In this document: in pieces, positions 1 through 12,878 of the stretch
How positions within the stretch are numbered: the stretch's first letter is position 1
Layout: each line of letters begins with the position of its first letter
NCBI RefSeq assembly: GCF_004010195.1
Contig: NC_057756.1
Coordinates: 7,209,063-7,250,030, forward strand
Length of the DNA: 40,968 nt
Source of the DNA: Chiloscyllium plagiosum
Taxonomy: Eukaryota
Reading direction: 5' to 3'
The notes under the pieces: model-generated
Seen by the model: the letters and a program-made list of their open reading frames with translations, nothing else
The model's database searches: none
Told to the model about the DNA's origin: nothing
Made by a program: the position numbers and the translations under genes

Positions 1-994
1 TCAGCCTGGAGCCCAGTTACATGTGGAGTTCCGCAGGGATCAGTTCTGGGTCCTCTGCTGTTTGTAATTTTTATTAATGACTTAGATGAGGGAGTCGAAG
101 GGTGGGTCAGTAAATTTGCAGATGGTACGAAGATAGGTGGAGTTGTGGACAGTGAGGAGGGCTGTTGTTGGCTGCAGAGGGACTTAGATATGATGCAGAG
201 CTGGGCTGCGGAGTGGCAGATGGAGTTCAACCCTGCCAAGTGTGAGGTTGTCCATTTTGGAAGAACAAATAAGTATGCGGAATACAGGGTTAATGGTAGT
301 GTTCTTAGTCAGGTGGAGGAACAGAGGGATCTTGGGGTCTATGTACATAGATCTTTGAAGGTTGCCACTCAGGTGGATAGAGTTTGTAAGAGGGCCTATG
401 GAGTATTATCGTTCATTAGCAGAGGGATTGAATTCAAGAGTTGTGAAGTGATGTTGCAGCTGTACAGGACTTTGGTTAGGCCACAGTTGGAGTACTGTGT
501 GCAGTTCTGGTCGCCTCACTTTAGGAGAGATGTGGAAGCTTTGGAGAGGGTGCAGAGAAGATTTACCAGGATGTTGCCTGGAATGGAGAATAGGTCGTAC
601 GAGGATAGGTTGAGAGTGCTAGGCCTTTTATCATTGGAACGGCGAAGGATGAGGGGTGATTTGATAGAGGTTTATAAGATGATCAGAGGAATAGATAGAG
701 TAGACAGTCAGAAACTTTTTCCCTGGGTACAACAGAGTGTTACAAGGGGACATAAATTTAAGGTGAAGGGTGGAAGGTATAGGGGAGATGTCAGGGATGG
801 GTTCTTTTCCCACAGAGTGGTGGTGGCATGGAATGTGCTGCCTGTGGGAGTGGTAGAGTCAGAATCTTTGGTGACCTTTAAGCGGCAGTTGGATAGGTAC
901 ATGGATGGGTGCTTAAGCTAGGACAAATGTTCGGCACAACATCGTGGGCCGAAGGGCCTGTTCTGTGTTGTATTGTTCTCTGTTCTATGTTCTA
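1..994 (+). mobile_element. CR1-clade LINE, 3' part (RT C-terminus + 3' UTR), young copy
   Basis: Starts [31 protein letters not shown] 145-921 has CR1 C-terminal motifs (LVRPQLEYCVQFWSP, RRMRGDLIEVYK). Ends in a (gttctat)-type tandem tail. Confidence 0.95.
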
Positions 995-1169
995 ATATTG
1001 TTCACATTAAATTACCCTATCTGATTTATAATGAAAGACTTTTGGCCTGGAATTTCATATTAATATACTTGAAGCAGGATAACATAATTGGAACTCTTCT
1101 GACCTAACTTCTGGATGAGAGTCTGTTCCAGATCTTCCCAAAATGAGATTTTACCTTGTTGACTATTAA

Positions 1170-1426
1170 TTAAAGATTAACATTCCAACTCCAGTTTTGG
1201 TTCGATAAAGTTTCTGCGTTCAGCACTGGATCAGCTCCATTTCTGTGATTTGCTTGAATCCACCTTGAGCCCCATTTCTGTGTAACAGCAGCGTATGCAT
1301 AGGGCTCCTCTTCCTGGGTTTGAAGGTCAGATTTGTGAGCGTTGAAGACACAGACCACTGAATACAGAACCTCCTAACTTTCATCTGATTTGGTCCGTGA
1401 CAGAAAACAATGTGTTTGATATATAT
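1170..1426 (-). pseudogene. Siglec-like receptor terminal (cytoplasmic) exon with ITIM-like motifs, copy 1
   Basis: Acceptor ctccag|at (AG at 1427-1428). Reads DIYQTHCFLSRTKSDES*EVLYSVVCVF..QEEEPYAYAAV. VLYSVV fits the ITIM consensus (I/V/L/S)xYxx(L/V/I). In-frame TAG at 1374-1376. Confidence 0.6.
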
Positions 1427-2099
1427 CTGGAGGATCAGGCAGGAGTACACTGCCAGAACCCAGATTGTATCTTGCACATGATACAAAAAACACAAGTAGC
1501 AATTGATAGGACACACTGAAGTCACTCACCGAAGCTCCTCAGAGAGCACTTTCCAATTCACGGTCTCTACAATGTAGGTGGACAATGGTAGTACATGCAT
1601 GGGAACACTGACCCCTTCAAACTCCCTGTCTAACCATACATAATCCTGATTTGCAATTACATGAGCGTTCGTACCTTGTGTTTGAATAAAAAGGCTGGAT
1701 CTGCCTTCTCATAGCAGTGTGTCTCCATGTTTTACTCCCATTGTGGTCCACACTGTGGATCGGTGGAGGCTGGAACTGCTGAGAGGAGGGGTGATTAGCC
1801 AAGGTTATGGGGCATGTGCATGTCTTTATTCCCTTGAAGGGAGGTTTTGAGAGGGAGTTATCAGGTCGCCGTAAGAGAGAAACTGAGACAGAAGGCTCTC
1901 GTCAAGGATTCAGGGATGAAAAAAGTGTGTGGTGTTGGGGGTTGAGACCGAGAACATGAGGAGTGGTGGCCTGTGGGGCAGAGATTGTGACATGGGCGTG
2001 GTATCATGGAGCGCCGCCTCATGTAGGAAATGCATGAAGTGAAGCTTTTCAGAGGCAAATCACAAGGGATTCGTTCTCTACTGGGATTTCCTGCCTTTT

Positions 2100-2330
2100 G
2101 TGGGCTTCTGTCTCTCTCTCTCTCCTTCTATCTTTTCCTCGCAGTGATTTCCCTTTCTCTCTGTCCTTCTGTCTCGCTCTCTCACTATTTCTCCTCCTGG
2201 GTTTTCGCCTTCACTTGTTTGGTGTAGATTGTTCTTCTCTCTCTTCCTCTTTCTGTATGTCCCACTCTCTGCCTCCGTCAAAATTCTCTCTCTGTTTCCC
2301 TTGCTCTCTTCTTAGTCTTTTTATTGTCGG
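2100..2330. repeat. CT-rich low-complexity tract (paralog at ~39500-39730)
   Basis: Pyrimidine-rich (ct)n-derived sequence; explains the S/L-rich spurious ORFs here. Confidence 0.85.
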
Positions 2331-2776
2331 ATAAATATTTATACTGAATACACTAAATTGTCTAGTTCGTGTTTAAATGAAGTTATATTGTGTTGGGGTT
2401 TCTGACATGTAGTCAGTCAAGTGAATTGTTTTTTGTGGTCTGCACACTGGACACACATTTCACGGTTTGTGGAATAGCTGGACTCAGTGATCAGCACAAT
2501 CTAAGTCGTGACACACCAGAAAACGCTTGACATGGAAATCACATCACAAGTCGAACTTGTTTGTAAGTGCTTTGAAGCAGGGTGATGCAGACAGAAGTCA
2601 AAGCAGTTGTGTAATATTTACACTTTCTGTGATTTTGAACCGGAAATATTGCAAAACGCATATTGGGTATGCTGTATTTTGTTTTGAAGGCTAAAAATAA
2701 TGCTCAGTCTGATTATTATGTGCATGAGGAGGATAAATCTATTTTGGCCCATTTTTAGGTTCGTCACACAAAAGAT

Positions 2777-5700
2777 ACAGACAGATGTTTCTGTGGCCAG
2801 CAGCGAAAAATCAGAATGCTATCTTGTTTCCCTGGTGCTAAGATCAAGGATATCTCAGAGAGGGTGCAGAATGTTCTTAAGCGGGAGAGGGGCCAGCAGG
2901 AGGTCATTGTACACATTGGAACCAACGACACAGGAAGGGAAAAGGTTCAAATTATGAAGGGAGGTTACAGAGAGTTCAGCAGGAATTTAAAAAGGAGGTT
3001 CTTGAGAGTAGCTATATCTGGATTACTCCCGGTGCTACGAGCTAGTGAGGGCAAGAATTGGAGGATAGAGCAGATGAATTCATGGCTGAGGGGCTGGTGT
3101 ACGGGAGAAGGATTTACATTTTTGGATCATTGGAAGCAGTTTTGGGGTAGGGAAGTGACCTGTACAAGAAGGACAGATTGCACCTAAATTGGAAGGGGAC
3201 TAATATACTGGCAAGGAGATTTGCTCGAGCTGCTCTAAACTTGTAAAGTTGTGGGGAGGGGTGGTGGGTGGGACGAAGGTATTTAGTGAGGAAAGAGACC
3301 AATCTGAGACTGGCACAGTTGAGACCAGACATGAGTCAAACAGTCAGAACAGGCATAGATAAAGCAGAGAACAAGAGAGGACTGATAAATTAAACGATTT
3401 TATTTCAATGCAAGGGACCTAACAGGAAAGGTAGATGAACTCAGGGCATGGTTAGGAACATGGATGACACTTAATATTCCAGGATACAAATGGTACAAAA
3501 GGACAGAAAGGAGGCAAGAGAGGAGGCGGAGTGGCGTTTTTGATGAGGGATAGCATAACAGATGTGCTGAGGGAGGATAATCCCGGAAATACATCCAGAT
3601 AAATTATTTGGGTGGAACTGAGAAAAGAGAAAGGGATGATCACCTTATTGGGATTGTATTACCGACCCCCTAACAGTCAGTGGGAAATTGAGAAACAAAT
3701 TTTTAAGGACATCTCAGTTACCTGTAAGAATAATAGGGTGGTTATGGTAGGGGATATTAACTGTCCAAACATAGACTGGGACTGCCACAGTATTAAGGGT
3801 TCAGATGGACAGGAATTTGTGTGTAGAAGAAAACTTTCTGATTAAGTATGGGGATGTACATACTAGTGAAGGTGCAAAACTTGACCTACTCTTGGGAAAT
3901 AAGGCAGGGCACGTGACTGAGGTGTCAGTGGGGGAAACTTTTGGGGCCAGCGACCATAATTCTATTAGTTTTAAACTCGTGATGGAAAATGATAGACCAC
4001 ATCTAAAAGTTGATGTTCGAAATTGGAGAAAGGCCAAATTTGACTGTATTAGGCAAGAATCTTCAAAAGCTGATTGGGGGCAGTTGTTCACAGGTAAAGG
4101 GACGGCTGGAAAATGGGAAGCCTTGAGAAAAGAGACAACAAGAGTCCAGAGACATTATATTCGTGCTTGGGTGAAAGGAAAGGCTAGTAGGTCTAGGGAA
4201 TGCTGGATGACTAAAGAAATTGAGAGGTTGGTTGAGAAAAAGGAGGAAGCATTTGTCAGGTCCCGACAGAATAGCCCGAGTGAATCCTTAGAAGAGTATA
4301 AAAGCAGTAGGAGTCCACTTAAGAGGGAAATCAGGAGGTCAAAAAGGGGACATGAGCTAGCCTTGGCAAATAGAGTTAAGGAGAACCCAAAGGGTTTTTA
4401 CAAACATAGTAAGGTCAAAAGGGCAACTAGAGAGAGACTAGGGCCCCTGAAAGATCAGCAAGGCAGACTTTGTGTGGAACTGCATGAGATGGGGGAGTTA
4501 CTAAAGGAATATTTTGCATCAGTATTTACTGTGGAAAAGGGCATAAAAGGTATAGAATGTAGGGAAATAGATGGCATTGCCTTGAAATGTGTCCATATTA
4601 TAGAGGAGAAAGTGCTGGATGCCTTGAAATGCATAAAAGTGGATAAATCCCAAGACCTGACCAGGTCTACCCTTGAACTCTGTGGGTAGCTACTGGGCCT
4701 CTTGATGAGATGACAGTCACAGGTGAGGTGTCAGAAGTCAGGAGGTTGGTTAACGTGGTGCCACTGTTTAAGAAAGGTGGTAAGGACAAGTCAGGGAACT
4801 ATAGGCCAGTGAGTCTGATGTCAGTGTGAGCAATCATGTTGGAGGGAATCATGAGGGACAGGATGTACATGTATTTGGAAAGACAGAGACTGATTCAGGA
4901 TATTCAACATTGCTTTGTGCATGGGAAATCATGTCTCACAAACTTGATTGAAATTTTTGAAGAAGTAACAAAGTGGATTGATGAGGGCAGAGCGGTAAAC
5001 GTGATGTATATGGACTTCAGTAAGGCGTTTGACAAGGTTCCCCATGAGAAACTAGTTAGGAAAGTTAGATCTCATGGAATACAGGGAGAACTAGACATTT
5101 GGATACAGAACTAACTCAATGGTAGAAGACAGAGGGTGGTGGTGGAGGATTATTTTTCAGACTGGGGGCCTGTGACTAGTGGTGTGCCACAAGGATCGGT
5201 GTTGGGTCCACTACTTTGCATCATTTATATAAATGATTGGGATGTGAGCATAAGAGGTATAGTTAGTAAGTTTGCAGATGACACCAAAGGTGTAGTAGAC
5301 AGCGAAGAAGGTTACCCAGATTACAACGGGATGTTGATCGATAGCCCAATGGGATGAGAAGTGGCAAATGGAGTTTAATTTAGATAAATGTGAGGTGCAG
5401 TATTTTGGAAAGTAAATCTTAGCAGCACTTGTCCACTTAATGGCACGGTCCTAGGGAGTGTTGCTGAACAAAGAGACCTTGGAGTGCAGGTTCATAGCTC
5501 CTTCAAAGTGGAGTCGCAGATAGATTGGGTAGTGAATGAGGCATTTGGCATGCTTTCCTTCATTGTTCAGAATATTGAGTATAGGAGTTAGGAGGTCATG
5601 TTACAGTTGTACAGGACATTGGTTTGACCACTGTTGGAATATTGCGTGCAATTCTGGTCTCCTTCCTATCGGAACAATGTTGTGAAATTTGAAAGGGTTC

Positions 5701-6183
5701 AGAAAACATTGGCAATCACGGTCCCAGGATTGGAGAATTTGAGCTATAGGGAGAGGTTGAATCAACTACGGCAGTTTTTCCTGGAGTGTCGGAGGCTGAG
5801 GGGTGACTTTTTAGAGGTTTATAAAATCATGAGCGGTATACATAGGATAAATAGACAAAGTCTTTTCCCTGGGGTGGGGGAAGCCCAGAGGCCATAGGTT
5901 CAGGGTGAGAGCGGAAAGATATATAAAAGACATGTGGGGGCAATCTTTTCACACAGAGGATGGTACGTGTATAGAATGAGCTGCCAGAGGAAGTGGTGGA
6001 GGCTGCAATATAACTGCAATATTTAAAAGGCATCTGGATGGGGATATGAATAGGAAAGATTTGGCGGGATATGGGCTGGGTGCGGGCAATTGGGACTCAA
6101 TTGGGTTGGGATATCAGTACAGCATGGACAAGTTGGACAAAGGTCTGTTTCTGTGCTGTACATCTCTATGACTCTCTAACCCT
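2777..6183 (+). mobile_element. CR1 LINE, 5'-truncated, with decayed ORF1 esterase end and ORF2 (APE endonuclease + RT)
   Basis: ORF1 remnant CFPGAKIKD..IVHIGTND (SGNH-type esterase of CR1 ORF1). ORF2 pieces [48 protein letters not shown], broken by stops and frameshifts. ctctatgactct tail. Empty site in paralog (cacaaaagatgtcgatgactc, ~40174). Confidence 0.95.
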
Positions 6184-6347
6184 ATGTCTGCCACTCATTT
6201 CCAAGAAATGTGGTTGGCAGTCCCTGAAATGTCAGCATCATCAAACATGGACACTCTTTGTTGTATTGTCTTCTGAGTTGTTCATTCGCAGAATTCAAAA
6301 TAATGAGCCACCTCCTACTGATTGGGATAACGTGCATCCTCACTAAC

Positions 6348-6488
6348 TTGCATCCTCAATGTTGTTAAATAGGGTGCGGGAATGACAACTTTCATCACGT
6401 TTCTTCTTCCAGTTAATAACAAAATCGTGCAAATGTTTCGGATTAGGTGCTTGGCATTGTGTGTGGACAGTCGCCTTTGTGACAATAT
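6348..6488 (-). pseudogene. Possible juxtamembrane/TM exon remnant of the Siglec-like gene
   Basis: tttgtttcag|at acceptor, 141 nt, phase 1-1, reading ..FVINWKKKR... The paralog (40346-40430) reads FVIIRKKK and has a gcag|gtaagg donor. No intact hydrophobic helix is visible. Confidence 0.3.
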
Positions 6489-6639
6489 CTGAAACAAAAG
6501 TATTCCCACTTGTTACTGTGGCTGAGAGAAATTATGAATCAGCAACTGGTCAGTGGTATGACCACCGGGGGAGGAGAGGAGGGGGTAGGGGTAGGAGTGG
6601 GGACGGGGGAGGAGGTGCATGTATTATATCGTTCCATAT

Positions 6640-7900
6640 TTTCAGCAGCTGAAATAAGCAGAATTAATCATTTGATCAAGAAAATGACGCCACCGTAGCC
6701 TCCACATGCATAAAGAAATCGACAGGAAGAAATGAATTAGGGAGATTGCAGTCCACAAGTAGATAGAATTGAAGTTAACCACTGGGCCATTCATTAGTTT
6801 TGGCGTTGTGTTGCAACCAAGTTGACTCACACCCTATCTGCCTCATTTCAACTTTGTTTTGCGATAATGTTTCCTTTCATTTCATTTACCTCAGAAACGA
6901 TCTGTTATATCCTCGAACAATGTTATTATTGGACAGCTCAGATCCGTAACAAAAATGTGGAATGCTGCTTTATCTTATTTAATTTTTCATTTAATGTGGT
7001 AACCTTTCTTTGAAAGGTAAGAGTGCAACTCTGCATATTTGGCTTTCACAATGAAAAAAGGACATTATTAAAGGAAATGAAAATAATGAGTACATATCTC
7101 TGATTTTCACACATAAAAACATTTTGAAGTTTTCAAAGTGCGTGGCAATTTATCACAATGCCACCACTTTACAGTCGTCAAATATATGAAATAGAGTTTA
7201 ATTCTCTGTCTCATGAAAAGCTGTGACTTAGCTGTTTCTTTCACTCCCTAGTCTTAGGAGTTTGCTAGCCTTTCCTTTGATAATTCCCACAACTGAGCTG
7301 GAATATTCTTATCACTAACCAAAGACTTCAAGTTTGAATTTTTCATATTTACATTCTTACAGGAGGATAACGTGTCTTGAACATTTCAAAATGAACTCCT
7401 CATGGGAGGAGAATCTGTTTCACATTTTCCCACAATGAGATTTTATCACACTAATTATAAATTTAAGATTAACATTTCAGCATCAATTTGTGTTCAATAA
7501 AGTTTCTGTTCCAAGTTTTGAAACCACTAGCATTCAGCTGTGGATCAGCTGCATTTCTGTGAATTGAGTGACTCCACCATGAGTTCAATTCCATTTAAAT
7601 GCAAAGTATTCACTTGTCTCCTCTTCCTGAGCTGAAACATCAAGTTTGTGAGTTTAAAGACACAGATCACTGAATAGAGAAGCTTGTCCCATCCACCGAT
7701 TTTGATCTATGACTGGAAACCATGTGTTAGGTATGATCTGGTAGGACAGTCAGGAGTATATTACCAGTACCATGATGATTTCTTGCAATGTTGCGAATAA
7801 CACATGGAACAACCGGGTGTACAATCCACAGGAGCCACTGCAGTCGCTCAACAAAGCTCCTCTGGCAGCACCTTCCAAATTCATGGTCTGTACCACCTAG
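6640..7900. repeat. Older segmental duplication (paralog of ~36075-38950 after removing LTR/SINE inserts there)
   Basis: Collinear blocks, e.g. gcctcatttcaactttgtttt (6840) vs gcctaatttcaatttgtttt (36301), and gtgcaactctgca (7023 vs 37279). Confidence 0.8.
7585..7737 (-). pseudogene. Siglec-like terminal exon with ITIM + distal Tyr motif, copy 2
   Basis: Acceptor ctaccag|at. Contains KLLYSVICVF and, after a frameshift, QEEETSEYFAF..*. Arrangement resembles CD33-type tails (proximal ITIM, distal TEY-like motif). Confidence 0.6.
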
Positions 7901-8519
7901 AAAGATATGTATGGTAATGCCATCCCCTAGTATTTGTGCCTTATACATTTGACACACTTATCACAGCTTGTGGAAAGGTGAGGCTGAATAATCAACCGTA
8001 ACTGAGTTGTCACGAAATGGAAAACATTTGATGTGAAAACCATATCACGAGTCCAACTTGATCGTAAGTGCTTTGAAGTATTGCAGGGTGTGGCAGACTG
8101 GAGTCAAAGCAATTGGGCAACACCAGCACTTTTTGTGATGTCGAACCTGAACTATTGCAAAATGCATGTCGACAAATGCTGTCTTTTTTTTTGCAAGTTA
8201 AAATAGCGTTCAATCTTGTTAGTATGTGCATGTGAAAAGTAAATTTATCCTTGTGTCACTTTTAAGTTTGTGACACAGGAGACGTCTTCGACTCATTTCA
8301 CAGAAAAATAGCACTGTGAGTCACCTCCAACGTTGGGACTGACGTGGGCAGTCCCTGATTTATAAGCTCCATCAAACAGGTGCAACACTCCTTTGATTTT
8401 CTACTGACTTAGAATCTAAAAGGATGGGGTAGTCTTATTTAGGAATATTGTTGCTGGACTTTAGATTAATAATGTCAGTGTGGCAGACCTAACAGACACA
8501 TTTAAAAAAAAAACAGGGC

Positions 8520-9030
8520 TAGAAAAGCAAATGCAGCAAGGATATTCCCGGTGACCGGCAGTCCAAACCCATGGTGGGTAGTTGGGTGGTGGAGGGGAAT
8601 TGTCATTCTTAAAGAGTGCAATGTAGACTACTTAGGGCTGAAATGGGGCAACATATCTTTTCCCAGAGAGTGGTGAGTCTTTGAAATTTCTGCCACAGAA
8701 GTGCCTGAGACCAAAACATTGGATGCTTTCAAGAAAGAGTTAAATGTAGTTCTTATCATGTAGCATGAGTAGAAAGTCCGGGGGAGTTGAGTAACTCTCT
8801 CTATGAGAACGATAAGAAATCTTTGGGGCACTCCACTCCAGAGTGCAGTGGATGCGGGCCTTGGAATACACTAAAGGGTTTGATAAATTTTTGCTCAGGA
8901 AAAGAAACATGTTCTATGAGGAGGACTGACAGAAAAGTGCTTTCAGTTCAGAATCAGAGTGACCACCATCTGATTAAATGGTACAAGACAGTCAATGAGA
9001 CAAATGGCCTTCTTCTGCTCTCGGTCATTA
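8520..9030 (+). mobile_element. Degenerate CR1 3' fragments
   Basis: Remnants of the CR1 C-terminal consensus (tttcccagagagtggtgagtctttg; ctccactccagagtgcagtgga; aatggccttcttctgctc). Confidence 0.55.
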
Positions 9031-9249
9031 AATCAACTGAATGACAATCAGGGGCATGGTCTGTAACATTGACGTCAAAAAGGACAAATTGAACACAATG
9101 ATTCCTGCTATCTTTATGGTCACATTAGCCTTCTCTCATTTTATATGCATTCATTTTGATCACATCTGACAGAAGTGACATTCATCGTGATCAGACCTTC
9201 AGACAATGCATTCAAATGGGCATTATACATATATTATACATTGCACCCT

Positions 9250-9452
9250 CAAAAGCAATGATGAGGCCGTAGCATTGAATATTTTCATGAAGGACATAAA
9301 TATAACTTTTATGGCTAAAGGGATCCGAAAGCATGAGAAGAAAATGGGAGCAAGGGACTGAGTTCGATGGTCAGCAATAATCATATTGCATGTTGGAACA
9401 GCTAGAATGGCCGAAAGGTGTATTCCTGCTCCTATGTTCTACGTTTCTATGT
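9250..9452 (+). mobile_element. Short CR1 3' end
   Basis: Ends ggccgaaaggtgtattcctgctcctatgttctacgtttctatgtt, a typical CR1 3' UTR/tail. Confidence 0.6.
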
Positions 9453-9702
9453 TCAGCATTTATTGTGATAATGATCAGTCGGGGCTGGGCAAGGCAATCT
9501 TGTCCAGAGGAGAGGAACAATATCGCTCAACAGGTTGCTTAGAAAATATCAACATTGAATTTAATGATATATTCAGTTCAGCATTACTTATAGTTTTGGC
9601 TTGCAATCTGCTTAGTAGAAAAGAGACTCAGGATTTACACTTGACTCTGTGTCTGAGCAAGCTGTCTTTAATAATTTCATGATATAACATTCAGAGATTC
9701 AC

Positions 9703-9990
9703 ATGTTAAATGGAGATGGTATCTGCTGACAGTAACTTACTACTCGTTTATGGCTGTGCATGAGATTAGCTTTTCAGTTCCAGTGAGGTGAATAAGTGTC
9801 AGAGAGCTCTGAAGCAATCTATTATTCACTCTCCTGCAATATACTACAGTGTCTGAGTCGTTTCCTGTGATTTTCCTCCCATTGAGGGTCCATGTGATGT
9901 TTACTGGGGGATTGGCTCTGACTCTGCGGGTACAAGTGAAGACATTCTTGGAACTGGTGGAAGTCAGACCAGATACTGCTGTGGGTCGTT
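9703..9990 (-). pseudogene. Ig C2/I-type domain exon of Siglec-like gene (unit A)
   Basis: Acceptor cctttttatag|aa. ERPTAVSGL..FTCTRRVRANPPVNITWTLNG..SSLTL..LISCTAINE**VTVSRYHLHLT. 288 nt, phase 1-1 to the donor homologous with the 17354 copy. TAG TAA at 9737-9742. Confidence 0.8.
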
Positions 9991-10109
9991 CTATAAAAAG
10001 GAACAACAGTGTTCACATAATGAGCTTTTTAAGCATACAGTTGCCACATTTACATTGAAGAGCTCTGTTTATTATTGAAGAACTACAGGCCATAATGTAA
10101 TTAAGAAGT

Positions 10110-10408
10110 GCAGAAAGAAGCCATTGTGCACATCAAGTCTGCACCAATCTTCTGAAAAACATCATCACTTCCACCTTTCAAAAACTTTGCATTTACCATG
10201 GCTAACCCACCTTACTGTAAATCCCTGGACACGACAGGGTAATTTAGTTTGGCTAATCCACCTCACCTGCACATCTTTAGGAGGAAAACAGAGCACCTAA
10301 AGGAAACCCATGGAGACACTTGGAGAATGTGCAAAAGCCACACAGACTGGAATCAAACCCAGGCGGTGTGAGGGAGAAGTGCTAAGCACAGAGCCACCGC
10401 CATCACCA
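10110..10408 (-). mobile_element. tRNA-derived V-SINE (HE1-like)
   Basis: Reverse strand shows a ggtggctctgtgcttagcac A-box-like head and the V-domain ttgcacattctcc..tgggtttcc..gtgctctgttttcctcc. Confidence 0.75.
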
Positions 10409-12443
10409 TTCACTGACAACAATTTGTTTAATGCGGTTACTCAAGTAACATGTCCCACACTATTTCTGATTCATGCTGATCAGATAAATTCGAGGCTACC
10501 TTTCAAAGCCATTGGGCACTAGATTACGTTCACAGCTAATTCGATGCAGAACAGTAAGTTTAAATCAGTTTTTGATGCCAGCAGTTTTTGATGCCAGACG
10601 TTACAGACTGTGGTAGGAAGAACCAATCATTCCTTAGAATCTCTGCTTATTATTTAGATCAGTCATCCTTGATAAACCATTGAATGTTATTTCCATCATT
10701 GCATCATTAATATCCTTACTTTCAAAACAATAGAATTTTGCCAATTTCAGTTTTGACTTGCTCCCGTTTCTAGTTAAGCCCTTGTTTTAAAATGATAACT
10801 GCCAAGATGGTTGAGTCAAGCCGAAAGTAGATATTTCGACAGTGTCTGCAGTCACTATGCACAAAGTGGCAGGAAACTGCTGAGAACTACATGCAATGCA
10901 AACTTGACACTGAATGTATAGTGTAAAAATAATGTTGTATATGGATTGAAAATGAAGCAAGGTGAATTTTATGTCGTTTGTTTCATTTTCAAGTAGAAAT
11001 ATTTTGTTATGCACTAATTTTATTAGTGAATTGCATCTTTGGAACATAATATCCGTCTCAGTGGAAGGAATATTTGCAATGATGGACAGTTTGCATCAAT
11101 TCAATTTCAGAGCATTTCAGAAGCAGTCCCCGTTGAAATGCAGCAAGATCTGAACCTTCAGGCTTGAGGTGACAAGTGGCAGGAAGCAATCGTGCCACAC
11201 AAATATCAGTCACTGACCATCGCCAATAAGCGACAATCTAGTAATTGCCCGTTAACATTCGATGGCATTAGCATAATTAACTAGTCCAGTGGCATCATTC
11301 TGGACGTTACCATTAACTGTTATGGGTTCACCTAAAGAAAAGGAGCAGATTCACATCGTCATGATTGGAATCATGTAAATAAAGTGTCGAGATTGTGGAC
11401 TGTATACTATTTAAGTAAATGACCAGGATAATAAAATGATCACTGACGAGAATTTAGTTATCAAGAGATAATAACCGACGTGTTCCCTCCTCCCCTCCCC
11501 AATTAGATGTTATTGCCAAGCCAAAGGTAAGTATTGTATAATATCGGGCCTACCATAAGCTGTCCTCTTGTTGTTTATAAAATGCAACAAAATTTTATAA
11601 ATGCCTCATTTCGGCTAACTTTTCCCATCTGTCATTAACAGTCGACATATGAAATCTGCTATGATTATTGTCATTCCTTTATGGCAAGTTCTATGATTTC
11701 TTTTTAAATTAAGCTCTCACCTGCCCTGTTTGTATAGTTCAGGGGGCTGCCGATAAGTACTACAAGTAATTATTTGCCTTTATCGTCAGTACCAACATCT
11801 ATTTCCACAACTTGATTTCCTGAACGTAGTCCATTCCTCTCTATTGTGCAATGCTATCATTAGATAAAAAGGCCAAACCCCCAACCCTACTGTTCTTATT
11901 ATTCCTGTCATTCTTAAATGTCATGAGCGTTCTAAATACACGTCCTAATGCATAACATCATTGAGCTATATTTCCCAAAAAGCAACCAGATCATACTGAG
12001 TCATATATCCTTATGCTCTCAGATCATCTGCTTTCTTTCAGTCAGGGTCTTCAGTCAGATACAGGCTTGATTCCTTTCTTATCTTTCTACATTCTAATCT
12101 TATCTGTTGGTCGACTCTTAGATTTATTTTGTTGCCATCAGTCTGTTAATCATTTCCCACATTAACGTGTTTGTCCTGGCTTGAACTCGCTCTTTGTCCT
12201 CCTCTCCTCCATTCCTCCTCTCCTCCATTCTGCATCGAATCTTCTGTACTTTCTTAACTAGCAGGCAGCAAGAACACCAGTCCCAGCAAATCAGATAGAA
12301 TCTGTCCCATTGGTACATATTCCACTTTCAGTATTTCTGGTGACAATCCCTGTGGAACTGGAACACATTTCTCTTCCACCAGTCTTGGATATAGTATGAT
12401 GAACTATTCAAGTGTTCTGGAGCAGAGGGCATTGAGCTGCACT

Positions 12444-12668
12444 GAGCTGAAAATATGTTGCTGGAAAAGTGCAGCAGGTCTGGCAGCATCCAAGGAACAG
12501 GAGAATCGACGTTTCGGGCATGAGCCCTCCTTCAGGAATGATTCCTGAAGAAGGGTTCATGCCCGAAACGTCGATTCTCCTGCTCCTTGGATGCTGCCTG
12601 ACTTGCTGCGCTTTTCCAGCAACACATTTTCAGCGCTGATCTCCAGCATCTGCAGTCCTCACTTTTCC
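12444..12668. mobile_element. Palindromic Penelope-like-derived short element
   Basis: Inverted arms centred at ~12540 (caggaat g attcctg). Same family as 21345, 21686, 28269 and 33716. Confidence 0.8.
12541..12576 (+). ncRNA. Minimal type I hammerhead ribozyme motif
   Basis: attc CTGAAGA a gggt-tcat-gccc GAAA cgTC gatt: CUGANGA core, stem II, GAAA, palindromic ACGU stem III, UC cleavage site, very short stem I. Confidence 0.6.
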
Positions 12669-12878
12669 CATCATTTCTGCAACAGAACACCAATTGAGCA
12701 ATGCGACCTTGTGCAATAGGCTTGCCTTTTCCCATACTTTTGCTGTTTCTAGTTCAATAACCATATAACTTCAGTTTGAAGGCTTCAGTTTAACTTGTTG
12801 ATTAGGTGTTAGAGATGCATAAGATTATATTTGGAGAAAAAAGCCTCCCCCAATAACACTTCATTGCCATCTGGGGAT

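Larger units (their letters stand above)
995..6425. repeat. Segmental duplication copy A (paralog of 38385-40430; interrupted by LINE 2777-6183)
   Basis: Collinear direct similarity, e.g. ctatctgatttataatgaaag at ~1017 and ~38403, and gggcagtccctgaaatgtcagc-like at ~6216 and ~40214. Offset is 37410 at the tail exon. Confidence 0.93.

Noticed and set aside
145..921. RT-like ORFs as a retron, DGR or other novel RT system
   Set aside because: Motifs and 3' tails are ordinary CR1 LINE in a vertebrate context; no associated ncRNA or accessory gene.
2030..2334. Hydrophobic S/L/F-rich ORFs as membrane proteins (also 39436-39696)
   Set aside because: Products of CT low-complexity sequence; frames are not conserved between the duplicates.
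9030..9130. Hydrophobic minus-strand stretch (IAGIIVFNLSFL..) as the missing TM exon of unit A
   Set aside because: No convincing splice sites, no basic stop-transfer residues and no homology to the other units.
10566..10597. 16-bp direct repeat cagtttttgatgccag x2 as array-like structure
   Set aside because: Only two adjacent copies with no spacer; simple tandem duplication, not CRISPR-like.
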